NCBI GenBank assembly: GCA_043760355.1
Contig: JAYUPC010000139.1
Location: 26-64,025 of the forward strand
Direction: 5' to 3'
Origin: Sphingomonadales bacterium
GTDB lineage: Bacteria > Pseudomonadota > Alphaproteobacteria > Sphingomonadales > Sphingomonadaceae
DNA: 64,000 nucleotides
Both the position numbers and the translations under genes were made by a program. The notes under the pieces were generated by a model. It was not told where the DNA came from. It was given only the letters and a program-made list of their open reading frames with translations, and ran no database searches. This document shows positions 18,805-28,781 of the stretch, in pieces (positions within the stretch are counted from its first letter, which is position 1; the number at the start of each line of letters is the position of its first letter).

Positions 18805-20853
18805 TCAAGCCAGATTGATCAGGATATTGCCGACGCGGTCGACAGTCGCGACGCAACCCGCTTCGATCAGCGTGGTTGAATCCATTTCGATAACGATGGC
18901 GGGACCGACGATGATGTCGCCCTGTTTGAGCTTTGACCGGTCATAGATGACGGCGGCCTGTTCACGGCTGTCCATCCACAAACTGTGCGCGCGCATTTTG
19001 GCCGCCGACGGATCACCGTTACCTGTCGGTAGCTCTGCCGCCGGAAGGTCGAGCGCCTGACCCAATGCCACCGCACGCAGGTTTACTATTTCATGGGGCG
19101 TATCCATGTTGAAGGTGAACAGTCGCAAATGTTCGGCATCGAAGCGCGACAGCAACCCGGCCACGCCATCGCGGTTCAAAACGTCCTGCGTAATCGTCAA
19201 CGGCACCTCAAAGGCTTGGCCAGCATAGCGGACATCGATTTCGAATTCAGAGATAATCTGCGTATCGGGGATTCCATCCGATCGCAGCTCGGCGCGGGTT
19301 TGCTCGGCCATCTCGGTCAGGATAGCCGACAGCTCTTCTGCATTGGTGGTGTTCGCCAACCGCGAGAAAGAACGCGCCGTTTCCGTCCGCATCCGCGTGG
19401 TTGCATCGCCAAGTGCACACAGCACGCCGGGCGAAACCGGCGAAATTGCAGGCCAACTACCCATCAGCCGCGCCACCGCATTAACATGCAATGGTCCCGC
19501 GCCGCCAAAGCCCATCAGCGCGAAATCACGAGGGTCATAGCCTTGCTGCACCGAAATCATCCGCAACGCGCCGAACATGTTTTCATTCACTATATCAATG
19601 ATACCACGCGCCGCCGCCATAAGGTCAATGTTCATGGCATCGGCAATTTTCTGCACCGCACGCTTCGATCCTTCGCGGTCGAGATTGAACGTCCCGCCGA
19701 GCAGTGCCTCGGGCAAATAGCCGAGTACGACATTAGCATCGGTGACCGTCGGCTCTTCGCCTCCTTTGCCATAAGCCACCGGTCCCGGCACCGCGCCCGC
19801 CGATTGCGGGCCCACGCGAAGGGCTTTTGTAAGTTCCGGCACATAGGCGATCGATCCGCCCCCTGCGCCCACCGTTTTCACATCAAGCGACGATGCCCGA
19901 ACCGCCAGATGCCCGACCTCGGTCGTACGCACCCGCCGCGGCTCCAGATTTTCGATCAGCGCAACGTCGGTCGACGTGCCGCCGACATCGAGCGTCAGGA
20001 TATTCTTGAAGCCGGCATTTTTCGCTACCCACAGCGCGCCGGTCACACCGCCTGCGGGTCCGGACATTAATATATTCACGGGATGCTCTTCGGCCTTTTC
20101 TGCTGACATCAAGCCGCCATCGGACCGGAGCAGAGACAGCTTTCCCTTCATCCCCGATACCCGCAATTTGTCGCGCAGGTTTCGGACATAATTGCCAACC
20201 ACCGGACGCACAGCGGCATTGGCAACAGTAGTGAGCGTGCGTTCATATTCCTGCATTTCAGGCAGAATTTCATGGCTCAGCGACACCGGCACATCCGGCA
20301 TAACCTCACGCGCCAGTTCGCCGATCCGCGTTTCATGTGCGCCATTGGTATAGGCATTTATCAGCGACACCGTGATCGCCTCGACTCCCTGTGCTTTCAG
20401 GTGTTGTAGTGCGGCGCGGATTTCCTGTTCGTCAATCGGGCGTACTTCTTGCCCCGCCGCATTCATCCGTCCGGCAACTTCGACGGTATCCTCCAGCGCG
20501 GCGAGCGGTTGCGGTTTTGGCCAGATGATCCAGCCCGCAAGTCCGCCGGGCACAAAACTGCGTGCGATCTGCATGATATGGCGATAGCCCTGCGTGGTGA
20601 TCAGGCCGACCCGGGCACCTTTTCCCTGCAGCACGGCATTGGTTGCAACTGTGGTCCCGTGCAGAAACAATTCTATATCGGCTGGCGTAACTCCTGCTTC
20701 AGCACAAATGGCATCGACCCCGGACAGGATTCCAATCGAAGAGTCATCGGGCGTCGATGGCGTCTTATGCCGCCAGCACGCCCCCGTTGCCTCGTTGAAC
20801 AACAACAGGTCAGTAAATGTTCCACCGACATCCACACCCAGACGATACGCCAT
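18805..20853 (-). CDS. Hydantoinase A / oxoprolinase family ATP-binding subunit
   Basis: LGVDVGGTFTD, HGTTVATNA, SGPAGG, DVGGTSTD, VGAGGGS, GPQSAGAVPGP, PTVTDAN. Confidence 0.93.
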   Translation of the reverse strand: MAYRLGVDVGGTFTDLLLFNEATGACWRHKTPSTPDDSSIGILSGVDAICAEAGVTPADIELFLHGTTVATNAVLQGKGARVGLITTQGYRHIMQIARSFVPGGLAGWIIWPKPQPLAALEDTVEVAGRMNAAGQEVRPIDEQEIRAALQHLKAQGVEAITVSLINAYTNGAHETRIGELAREVMPDVPVSLSHEILPEMQEYERTLTTVANAAVRPVVGNYVRNLRDKLRVSGMKGKLSLLRSDGGLMSAEKAEEHPVNILMSGPAGGVTGALWVAKNAGFKNILTLDVGGTSTDVALIENLEPRRVRTTEVGHLAVRASSLDVKTVGAGGGSIAYVPELTKALRVGPQSAGAVPGPVAYGKGGEEPTVTDANVVLGYLPEALLGGTFNLDREGSKRAVQKIADAMNIDLMAAARGIIDIVNENMFGALRMISVQQGYDPRDFALMGFGGAGPLHVNAVARLMGSWPAISPVSPGVLCALGDATTRMRTETARSFSRLANTTNAEELSAILTEMAEQTRAELRSDGIPDTQIISEFEIDVRYAGQAFEVPLTITQDVLNRDGVAGLLSRFDAEHLRLFTFNMDTPHEIVNLRAVALGQALDLPAAELPTGNGDPSAAKMRAHSLWMDSREQAAVIYDRSKLKQGDIIVGPAIVIEMDSTTLIEAGCVATVDRVGNILINLA

Positions 20854-20868
20854 GTAGTTACTTCCTCT

Positions 20869-21780
20869 CTATGCTGCCTTGGGAAAAGCCGGTGCCCGCG
20901 ACACCAATCCCGGCAACTTCTTGTTCATTACACCGCTAAGCCAGCCACTCGTCGCAATCAGCTTTTCCAAATTCATTCCCGTCGAAATGCCGGCGCGTTC
21001 GAGCATGTAGACCACATCCTCACTGGCGACATTGCCAGCAGCACCCGGAGCGAATGGACAACCGCCCAATCCACCAATTGATGCGTCAACAACGCTCGCA
21101 CCTGCCGCGACCGCCGCCCAGACATTGGCAAGCCCTGTACCGCGCGTATTATGGAAGTGAACTCTAACGGGAACGGGCGCGATGGCCATGCGTACTTTTG
21201 TAACAAGCCGGGCAACATGCGCGGGGTTTGCCACGCCGATCGTATCGGCAAGGCTGATTTCGATAGGGCATGCGCCGGAAAGCCGTTTGGCGATTTCAAC
21301 GACGCGATCCTCGGCAACCTCCCCCTCAAACGGGCAGCCAAAAGAAGCTGCAATAGTGGCCTGCGCTGTCAGGTCGATGGTCCTGGCTTTTTTAATAAGG
21401 TCATACGCCATCTGCGCTGACCCGTCGCTGGTCTGACCCTGATTGGCCATGGCGAACTTGTCAGTGGCAACCACGACAAAACCCAATTGATTGATACGCC
21501 GCGTTGCAATGGCGCGCTCAGCGCCCCGCTCGTTCATCACCAGGCCGATATAGGTAACATCGTCGCGTTGGGGCAGGCCCGCACACACATCCTCGGCATC
21601 GGCCATTTGCGGAACCCGCTTGGGATTGGCAAAGCTGGCAACCTCAATCCGCCGGGCACCCGCACCTATGGCTTTTTCGATCAATAACAGTTTATCCGCA
21701 GTCGCCACTATTTCTGGTTCATTCTGCAACCCGTCACGTGGGCCAACCTCGACAAATTCAATGGATGCAGGATTGTACAT
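20869..21780 (-). CDS. HMG-CoA lyase-like (DRE-TIM) acyl-CoA lyase
   Basis: EVGPRDGLQNE, HFHNTRG, GGLGGCPFAPGAAGNV. Confidence 0.88.
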   Translation of the reverse strand: MYNPASIEFVEVGPRDGLQNEPEIVATADKLLLIEKAIGAGARRIEVASFANPKRVPQMADAEDVCAGLPQRDDVTYIGLVMNERGAERAIATRRINQLGFVVVATDKFAMANQGQTSDGSAQMAYDLIKKARTIDLTAQATIAASFGCPFEGEVAEDRVVEIAKRLSGACPIEISLADTIGVANPAHVARLVTKVRMAIAPVPVRVHFHNTRGTGLANVWAAVAAGASVVDASIGGLGGCPFAPGAAGNVASEDVVYMLERAGISTGMNLEKLIATSGWLSGVMNKKLPGLVSRAPAFPKAA

Positions 21781-21798
21781 TTTATTCTAATGCCACAT

Positions 21799-21808
21799 TT
21801 GTATACAA
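21799..21808. promoter_or_regulatory. Candidate GntR/FadR-type operator (copy 1)
   Basis: Perfect palindrome TTGTATACAA immediately upstream of the lyase start. Confidence 0.7.
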
Positions 21809-21820
21809 AATCAACCGCGA

Positions 21821-22495
21821 TTACGCGGCAGCCAAGATATGTTTAATGTCAGCCCCATGCTTATGCGCTTCGGCGTAAGCATGGAAGGCACGGCGGATGT
21901 GACCGGTCATGACCGCAGCGGCCCAATCGGCATCGCGGTGTATAAAGGCGGCGAGCAATTCCTCATGCTCATGCCATGACCGCTGCAGATTTTCGCGATC
22001 GTATTGCAATGCAGTGCGCTGGACGACGGGTTGCTCGATGACCTGCGCCAACATGTTTGAAAGCCGTTCGGAACCTGCCGCTGCCAATATGACGGCGTGA
22101 AACAGCCGATTATGTTCTAGGAAGGCCGGGACGTCGGTTTTATCGCCAGAGATCGACTTGAGAATTGCCTTATTGTGGGTTTTCAGACGTTCCAGCTGAT
22201 CCCTGCTCACACGCGTCGTCGCCCTTTTTGCGGCATGCGCCTCCAGCATTGCCCGCAACTGGAACGCATCTTCAACATCATCCAGCGACCAGTCTGCGAC
22301 AAAACTGCGCTGGGTATCGCTGCGCCGAATGAATTGTTCAGCTTCCAACCGGCGCAATGCATCGCGAACCGGGGTGCGAGATACACCGCAGCTTTCAGCA
22401 AGTTGCTCTTCGCGAATCTGCGTGCCGGGGGACAGTGCGCCTGACAATATCATACTGCGGATTTGACCATAGGCGCGCTCGGACGCTCTGGACAT
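21821..22495 (-). CDS. GntR family (FCD domain) transcriptional regulator
   Basis: AYGQIRSMILSGALSPG...EEQLAESCGVSRTPVRDALRRL HTH; NRLFH and EHEELL FCD motifs. Confidence 0.92.
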   Translation of the reverse strand: MSRASERAYGQIRSMILSGALSPGTQIREEQLAESCGVSRTPVRDALRRLEAEQFIRRSDTQRSFVADWSLDDVEDAFQLRAMLEAHAAKRATTRVSRDQLERLKTHNKAILKSISGDKTDVPAFLEHNRLFHAVILAAAGSERLSNMLAQVIEQPVVQRTALQYDRENLQRSWHEHEELLAAFIHRDADWAAAVMTGHIRRAFHAYAEAHKHGADIKHILAAA

Positions 22496-22535
22496 GAAAA
22501 GTCTCCTTTTTTGGAACGCCCTTGACTAACCCCAT

Positions 22536-22545
22536 TTGTATACAA
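22536..22545. promoter_or_regulatory. Candidate GntR/FadR-type operator (copy 2)
   Basis: TTGTATACAA in the divergent gntR/TBDR promoter; shares catttgtatacaa with copy 1. Confidence 0.7.
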
Positions 22546-22695
22546 TACACAATGCAGAAATCAACGGCTGGGGCGGTGTAATGACGATTACTCTGTTATT
22601 CTGAAACACAGTTTGGCCGAATGCAATCATAACAAGATGGTAACACGTCAAGACGTGTACCGGTTTATCGATAATTCATGTCAGGGAGACATAAT

Positions 22696-25236
22696 ATGCG
22701 TATCACCAAGGCATTCTTGCTCAGTTCCATAACCGCGGCGGCAATCTCCACAGCACCGGCTTTCGCGCAGGACGCGCAAGAAGAGGCAGTTGCAGAGGGC
22801 GAAATCATCGTCACGGCACGCCGCCAAAACGAGCGCCTGATCGACGTCCCCGCATCGGTTTCTGTTCTTTCCGCCGACACCCTAGCCAAAACCGGCGTCG
22901 ACAATGCCGAGGGTTTTGCCCAACTGACCCCGGGCGTAACAATTGTCACCGGCACGGCAGAAGCAGGCGATACCCAGATCAACATCCGCGGCATTAATGG
23001 CGCACGCGATGCGGAAAGCTCGGTAGCCTTAATCGTTGATGGTATATTGAAGACCAATACGGCGCAGCTCAACCAGCCGCAGGGAACCTTGCGCCAAATC
23101 GAAATTCTTAAGGGCCCGCAAGGCGCGATCTATGGCCGCAACGCGGCGGCTGGCGCGATTGTGATTTCAACACTGAAACCCGGCAGTTCGCTGAATGGCG
23201 GCGTCAAGGCCAGCTACGCCAATGAAAACACGGTGCAAGGCACTGCCTATATCTCAACACCGATTGGCGACGGCGCGGGGCTGTTGCTGTCCGGCTATTA
23301 CCGTTCAACTGACGGTTTTTATCGCAACACATTCCTTAATCGCAAAGTGGTCGATGATCAAAAAGTGTGGTCGATTGATGGCCGGTTCCTAGCGCAATTG
23401 GGCGATGCGACCGAAGTGGATGTAAAGGCCCGCTATGCCGATCTTTCCGGTGCATCGATTAACTTCAACGCAGCGTTTCACATACCTTTGTTTGCAGCAG
23501 TAAACCCTGCTTTTAACGAAGACGTCAACGATCACCCCTTCAACTATTACGGCAATATCCGGCCGACCAATAACCAGAAGTCGTTCGACATGTCCGCCAA
23601 GGTCGAGCATGATTTTGGTTCGACAAAACTCACCGCATGGGCGCTTTACTCCGACGTGAAGCAAAGCCTGACTGCGGACGGCACATCGGCAGATTTTGCG
23701 CGCTACATCTCGCCAGCTGCTGCGGGCGCTACTCCCAACGCAACCAACATTGCAGTGCAAAATGCCTGCTTTGCATCAACCGCCGCGCAAACCGGCTTTC
23801 CGGTCAACCAGCCCGGTTTCATAGGCGCTATACCCGTTCCCTTCATTTTCGCACCAGCCAATGGTTCAACTTTTGGGCCCTATTCGCCAACAACTTGCGA
23901 CGGAACGCAGCTGCAAATCCGCAATCAAAAGGATTTCAGCGGCGAAGTGCGGCTAGCATCGAACAATGATGGCCCGCTCAGCTGGCAATTGGGCGGCTAT
24001 TATCTGCACATCGACCGGCTGGTGGGAGTAAGCCTCGGGGCAGATCTTGGCTCGGGCATCTTGCCCACACTTTATAATGCACCCGGCACAATCAACCCCA
24101 CATCGCTGCTGTTCGCCGACAAGTTCAAAACCGATGTCTATGCGGTATTCGGTTCGGCGGATTATGAAATGTCGGATGCCTTTAAGGCAGGGTTGGCGTT
24201 ACGATACGATGTTGAGGACCGCACAGTTTCCAGCCGCGTACCCAATGTACTTGATCCGATCACCGGCGGAAAAATCAACCCCGGCCTTCCGGCCACCGGC
24301 ACGATTGCCGACAAGTCAAAAGCCTTTAAGCAGATTGAGCCCAAAGTAACGCTAAGCTGGCGGCCTACGCCCAGCACCAATGTCTACGCCAACTGGGGCA
24401 TTGGCTTCAAATCCGGCGGTTTCAACAATAGCGGTTCGTCCTCGGTGGTGAACGCTGCTTTCAATAATGGCGTCACCCCGGGCACGATCAATGCGGGCGT
24501 GACGATCAACGATCAATATCGTAAGGAAGTATCGAGTGCGTTCGAGGCTGGGATTAAGGGATCGCTGTTCGATAACCGCGTGACGTTCGATCTGGCGGGC
24601 TACTACACCAAGATCAACGACATGCAGTTCTTCGAGTTTTTCGTTGGCAGCTTTGGCCTGCTCCGCGTTGTCTCCAACATCGACAAGGTCGATGTGAAGG
24701 GCGCCGAGCTGAACGTAAATGGCAAAATCGTCGATGGTTGGTCGCTGTTCGGATCAGTCAACGTTACCGACAGCAAGATAAAGAAGAATTCCTCACGGCC
24801 CTATACTGTGGGCAATAAATCGCCTTATACTGCCGATTATACGATCAACCTTGGCAGCCAGATTGATGCGCCGTTGACCGACAATATCGACCTGATCATG
24901 CGCGCTGATTACCGCATCACTGGCCCGACATGGTTCCACAGCGTCCAAGATGAAACGCGCCCGACGATCTTTAGCGGGCTGCTGCCAATCTCTGCGCTCG
25001 CCCTGCCCGGATTTGTCGGTGATGCCAATTACAGCATCGCAAAACGCAAGCCATTCGGCGTGCTGAACCTGCACGCAGGATTGGAAGGCGAAAACTGGAA
25101 CCTGTCGGTGTTTGCCGACAATATGCTGGACCGCAAATATATCAACGAAGCCATTCCGGCGATTGAATTTGGCGGATCATTCATCTCTCCTGGCGCGCGC
25201 CGCCTAGTCGGGGTTGAAGCCGGCTTTAAATTTTAG
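22696..25236 (+). CDS. TonB-dependent receptor
   Basis: Signal peptide AFAQ, EIIVTARR TonB box, IEILKGPQGAIYGRNAAAGAI plug motif, C-terminal GFKF; SD favours ATG at 22696. Confidence 0.95.
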   Translation: MRITKAFLLSSITAAAISTAPAFAQDAQEEAVAEGEIIVTARRQNERLIDVPASVSVLSADTLAKTGVDNAEGFAQLTPGVTIVTGTAEAGDTQINIRGINGARDAESSVALIVDGILKTNTAQLNQPQGTLRQIEILKGPQGAIYGRNAAAGAIVISTLKPGSSLNGGVKASYANENTVQGTAYISTPIGDGAGLLLSGYYRSTDGFYRNTFLNRKVVDDQKVWSIDGRFLAQLGDATEVDVKARYADLSGASINFNAAFHIPLFAAVNPAFNEDVNDHPFNYYGNIRPTNNQKSFDMSAKVEHDFGSTKLTAWALYSDVKQSLTADGTSADFARYISPAAAGATPNATNIAVQNACFASTAAQTGFPVNQPGFIGAIPVPFIFAPANGSTFGPYSPTTCDGTQLQIRNQKDFSGEVRLASNNDGPLSWQLGGYYLHIDRLVGVSLGADLGSGILPTLYNAPGTINPTSLLFADKFKTDVYAVFGSADYEMSDAFKAGLALRYDVEDRTVSSRVPNVLDPITGGKINPGLPATGTIADKSKAFKQIEPKVTLSWRPTPSTNVYANWGIGFKSGGFNNSGSSSVVNAAFNNGVTPGTINAGVTINDQYRKEVSSAFEAGIKGSLFDNRVTFDLAGYYTKINDMQFFEFFVGSFGLLRVVSNIDKVDVKGAELNVNGKIVDGWSLFGSVNVTDSKIKKNSSRPYTVGNKSPYTADYTINLGSQIDAPLTDNIDLIMRADYRITGPTWFHSVQDETRPTIFSGLLPISALALPGFVGDANYSIAKRKPFGVLNLHAGLEGENWNLSVFADNMLDRKYINEAIPAIEFGGSFISPGARRLVGVEAGFKF

Positions 25237-25254
25237 CAGCCGCCGCACACAGTG

Positions 25255-25326
25255 CTACTTACAAACTGCCGCTCTCTGGATTGTCGCGCAACATAGCAAA
25301 TTCAGTTGAACAGCAGTTTGTAGTAG
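25255..25326. other. Long-loop inverted repeat downstream of the TBDR gene
   Basis: ctacttacaaactgc (25255-25269) vs gcagtttgtagtag (25313-25326), complementary with one bulge. Confidence 0.45.
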
Positions 25327-25788
25327 GTCGTTCCCCGTGATGAGGGCTGCCATAAATCTGTGTCTTAGGATCAGGACCTACTTGTATACCTTGCAAACAC
25401 GGCACCTAAACAGGATGGCCGAAATTGATGGAGCTATATATTACAGGTCTGTAGAGAGAAGTTCTTAGTCGGCGACGTGCGTGACACAAATGATTCAAAA
25501 TCCTGTAATGAAGTGGCGCTAGCCATGCCGTTAGAATTAGAAACTTAATCATCTTTCTTTGGATGAGTTATTTTATATTATTCCAATCAAATTGCCGGTT
25601 TCCACGGAAACGTGAGGTCACAAACTCATAAATATCACCACCGAGGTTTGAAGCAATTCTTGTTCATTGCAAGGAGCAAGGGAGTCGCTGCCGGGCACAA
25701 ATTCTTTCCGGTCTGATAAAGAAACAGAATAAAGCGTTTGAAGTAGAACTTTGTTACCTTTCCCACCGGAACGTGATTAAATGATCCC

Positions 25789-26436
25789 ATGAAAAAAGCC
25801 GATATCTTTGAATTCTACCGCCGGTTGGCAGACGCGAACCCTGCGCCGGAGACCGAGCTGGCGTATGGCAATGTCTATCAGTTGCTTGTTGCCGTTACCT
25901 GTTCGGCTCAATCGACCGATGTTGGCGTGAACAAGGCTTCACGCGCCTTATTTGCGCAAGTGAAGACCCCTGCGCAAATGGTGGAGCTGGGGCTTGAGGG
26001 ATTGAAATCGCATATCAAAACTATCGGCCTGTATAATAACAAGGCGAAGAACGTAATTGCACTGTCTGAGATTTTGGTACGCGATCACAGTGGCGAAGTG
26101 CCACAAGATCGCAACGCTTTGGAGGCGTTACCCGGAGTCGGGCGCAAGACCGCTAATGTGGTGATGAACACTGCATTCGGGGCGGAGACTTTTGCGGTCG
26201 ATACGCATATCTTTCGCGTAGGCAATCGCACCGGCCTAGCCAAAGGGAAGACGGTGCTGGCGGTGGAAAAGGCGCTCGACAAGTATACGCCGCAGCCATT
26301 CCGCGTGGGCGCGCATCACTGGCTGATCCTGCATGGGCGTTATATCTGCAAGGCGCGAACGCCGGAATGCTGGAGGTGTCCGGTAGCTGATTTGTGCGGG
26401 TTTAAGCCAAAAAGTGAGGAGACTAGAGCGAGGTAG
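25789..26436 (+). CDS. nth: Endonuclease III
   Basis: LPGVGRKTANV HhH, VDTHIFRV, HGRYICKARTPECWRCPVADLC 4Fe-4S motif. Confidence 0.96.
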   Translation: MKKADIFEFYRRLADANPAPETELAYGNVYQLLVAVTCSAQSTDVGVNKASRALFAQVKTPAQMVELGLEGLKSHIKTIGLYNNKAKNVIALSEILVRDHSGEVPQDRNALEALPGVGRKTANVVMNTAFGAETFAVDTHIFRVGNRTGLAKGKTVLAVEKALDKYTPQPFRVGAHHWLILHGRYICKARTPECWRCPVADLCGFKPKSEETRAR

Positions 26437-26502
26437 GGCAGTCACCGCACATTCATGTAAAATCCTGTACGTCTATTCAAGAATTAGACAGGAGTAAGCC
26501 CC

Positions 26503-26898
26503 ATGAAAAAGACTGTTTCTATACTGCTCACGGTGAGTGTCGCGATTGGTGGTATCGCGATGGCCTATGCCAAAGACCGCAAGCCAGAATTGCCCGTGCA
26601 AACCATCGGAACGCCCGTAAATTGTGTTAATACCTATCAGATCCGGTCGACAAAGATCGTCGATGACAAGACCATCGATTTTGAAATGACCGGCAAAAAG
26701 CTATACCGTAATACCCTGCCCTATAGCTGCCCGAGTTTGAAGTCGGAGGAGCGTTTTTCGTATAAGCCAACGGGCAACCAATTGTGCAGCATCGATACTA
26801 TCCGCGTGCTTAACAATTATGGCGGCCGTTTGCAGGAAGGTACAGGCTGTGGCCTTGGCAAGTTCCAACAGATCGAGAAAGTGCAGCCGATTAAATGA
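26503..26898 (+). CDS. Secreted hypothetical protein (possibly DUF6491-like)
   Basis: Signal peptide, four Cys, CGLGKF C-terminus, GGAG SD. Confidence 0.65.
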   Translation: MKKTVSILLTVSVAIGGIAMAYAKDRKPELPVQTIGTPVNCVNTYQIRSTKIVDDKTIDFEMTGKKLYRNTLPYSCPSLKSEERFSYKPTGNQLCSIDTIRVLNNYGGRLQEGTGCGLGKFQQIEKVQPIK

Positions 26899-26967
26899 GG
26901 TCGTGTTGGGCATCTGTTTAACCGCGATTTCTTAACCGTCAAATGTCCCATTTACCTCACAATCACT

Positions 26968-27741
26968 CTATTTCCCGGTCCAGTTGCCGGGGCGCTTCTC
27001 GACAAATGCTGCCATGCCTTCTTTTTGATCGGCGCTACCAAACAGGCCGTGGAACAGGCGGCGTTCAAATGTGATGCCTTGGGTCAGCGTTGTTTCGAAC
27101 GCGGCGTTGACCATCTCTTTGGTGGCAATGGCTGCAAGTGGCGCCATTGCGGCGATGGTCTGCGCGGTTTTCATCGCCTCTTCAACCAAGTCAACGGCGG
27201 GGACGACCTTAACCACTAGCCCTGCGGCTTCGGCTTCTTCAGCGCCCATCATCCGCCCGGTCAGGCACATCTCCATCGCCTTCGCTTTACCAATCGCGCG
27301 GGTCAGCCGCTGTGATCCGCCCATGCCCGGCGTGACCGCAAGCTTGATCTCGGGCTGGCCGAATTTGGCGCTGTCACCTGCGATGATAAAGTCCGCCATC
27401 ATCGCCAGTTCGCACCCACCGCCAAGCGCAAAGCCGCCTACCGCCGCGATCCACGGTTTGCGGGTCGCGGTGACACGGTCGTATCCAGCAAAGAAATTGG
27501 CCCCGTACATATCGGCAAAAGACTGGCTCTGCATTTCCTTGATATCGGCCCCCGCTGCAAAGGCCTTCTCACTGCCCGTCAGGACAGCGCAGCGTTGGCT
27601 GTTATCGGCGTCATATGCGGCAAAGGCATCGATCAAATCGGCAAGCACCTGGCTGTTCAGCGCATTCAAGGCTTGCGGTCGGTTGAGCGTAATCAGCGTC
27701 ACCGCGCCGCGCTGTTCAACCAGGATCGTCTCGTAACTCAT
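26968..27741 (-). CDS. Enoyl-CoA hydratase
   Basis: [27 protein letters not shown] crotonase motifs; start MSYET. Confidence 0.92.
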   Translation of the reverse strand: MSYETILVEQRGAVTLITLNRPQALNALNSQVLADLIDAFAAYDADNSQRCAVLTGSEKAFAAGADIKEMQSQSFADMYGANFFAGYDRVTATRKPWIAAVGGFALGGGCELAMMADFIIAGDSAKFGQPEIKLAVTPGMGGSQRLTRAIGKAKAMEMCLTGRMMGAEEAEAAGLVVKVVPAVDLVEEAMKTAQTIAAMAPLAAIATKEMVNAAFETTLTQGITFERRLFHGLFGSADQKEGMAAFVEKRPGNWTGK

Positions 27742-28781
27742 AGGGGTTTCCATTCTTTGGCTTTGGTCAGCGGCGCAAAGATTGCGTTGAGCATCTCTTC
27801 GGTCATTTCCGCTGGCGTTGCAGGGTTCCAGACAGGCGCATTGTCCTTGTCGATAATCAGGGCACGAACGCCTTCAAGAAAGTCGTGCATCGCAACCACC
27901 CGCGAACCAATGGCGTATTCCTGTTTCATCTCGGCTGCGAAATCGGGCATCGCCGCACCTTCCTTCAATTGGCGCAGCGCAACTTTGCACGTCTGCGGGC
28001 TTTTGGTGCCTAGCGTATCACGCTCGGTCATTGCCCAATCGCTGTCGTCGGCCTCTAATGCCGCGAGTATCTCTTCATAGACATCGGAGGCGAACAGCTT
28101 GTTGACCTTGTCACGGTGGTCGACGATCCGTGCTTTGGGCGGGGTTACCGAAAGATCGCCCAATATCCCGCTGATCCTGTCAGGATGCGCCGCAAAACGC
28201 TCCTTGGCTTCCTCCAGATTGGCCGAGGGCAGATAATGCGTTGCCAAACCCAATTCCAGGCACTCCGCCCCGTCCAGCCGCGCGCCGGTCAGCGCCAAAA
28301 ACTGGCCCATGCGCCCCTCTAACCGCGATAGAAACCAGCCGCCACCAACATCGGGGAACAAACCAATTCCAGTCTCTGGCATTGCAAAACGGGTATTTTC
28401 GGTAGCGACGCGGAACTGTGCGGGCAATGAAATGCCAACGCCGCCGCCCATAGTAATACCATCCATGAACGCGACCACAGGCTTGGCATAATCGAACAGC
28501 AAATGGTTCAATTGATATTCCGTATCGAAGAACGCTCGCGCAGCTTTACCGTCTTTCGCCCCGCTTTCCGCCAGCATCCGGATATCACCACCTGCACAAA
28601 ACCCGCGGCCTTCGCTATGGTCAATGATAACAGCTTCGACAGCCTTCTCGCCCGCCCAGCCTTGCAGCGCGTCAATCATCGCGCTGCACATATCCAGATT
28701 GAGCGCATGGAGTGCCGTTGGCCGGTTAAGGCTGATGCGACCAATACGGCCTTCTACACGGGCGATAATATCAACAGTCAT
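27738..28781 (-). CDS. 3-hydroxyisobutyryl-CoA hydrolase-like (crotonase family)
   Basis: [48 protein letters not shown]. Confidence 0.88.
   Translation of the reverse strand: MTVDIIARVEGRIGRISLNRPTALHALNLDMCSAMIDALQGWAGEKAVEAVIIDHSEGRGFCAGGDIRMLAESGAKDGKAARAFFDTEYQLNHLLFDYAKPVVAFMDGITMGGGVGISLPAQFRVATENTRFAMPETGIGLFPDVGGGWFLSRLEGRMGQFLALTGARLDGAECLELGLATHYLPSANLEEAKERFAAHPDRISGILGDLSVTPPKARIVDHRDKVNKLFASDVYEEILAALEADDSDWAMTERDTLGTKSPQTCKVALRQLKEGAAMPDFAAEMKQEYAIGSRVVAMHDFLEGVRALIIDKDNAPVWNPATPAEMTEEMLNAIFAPLTKAKEWKPL

Noticed and set aside
19093-20070. 325-aa plus-strand ORF inside the hydantoinase A gene
   Set aside because: Antisense frame kept open by GC-rich codon usage; no domain signal.
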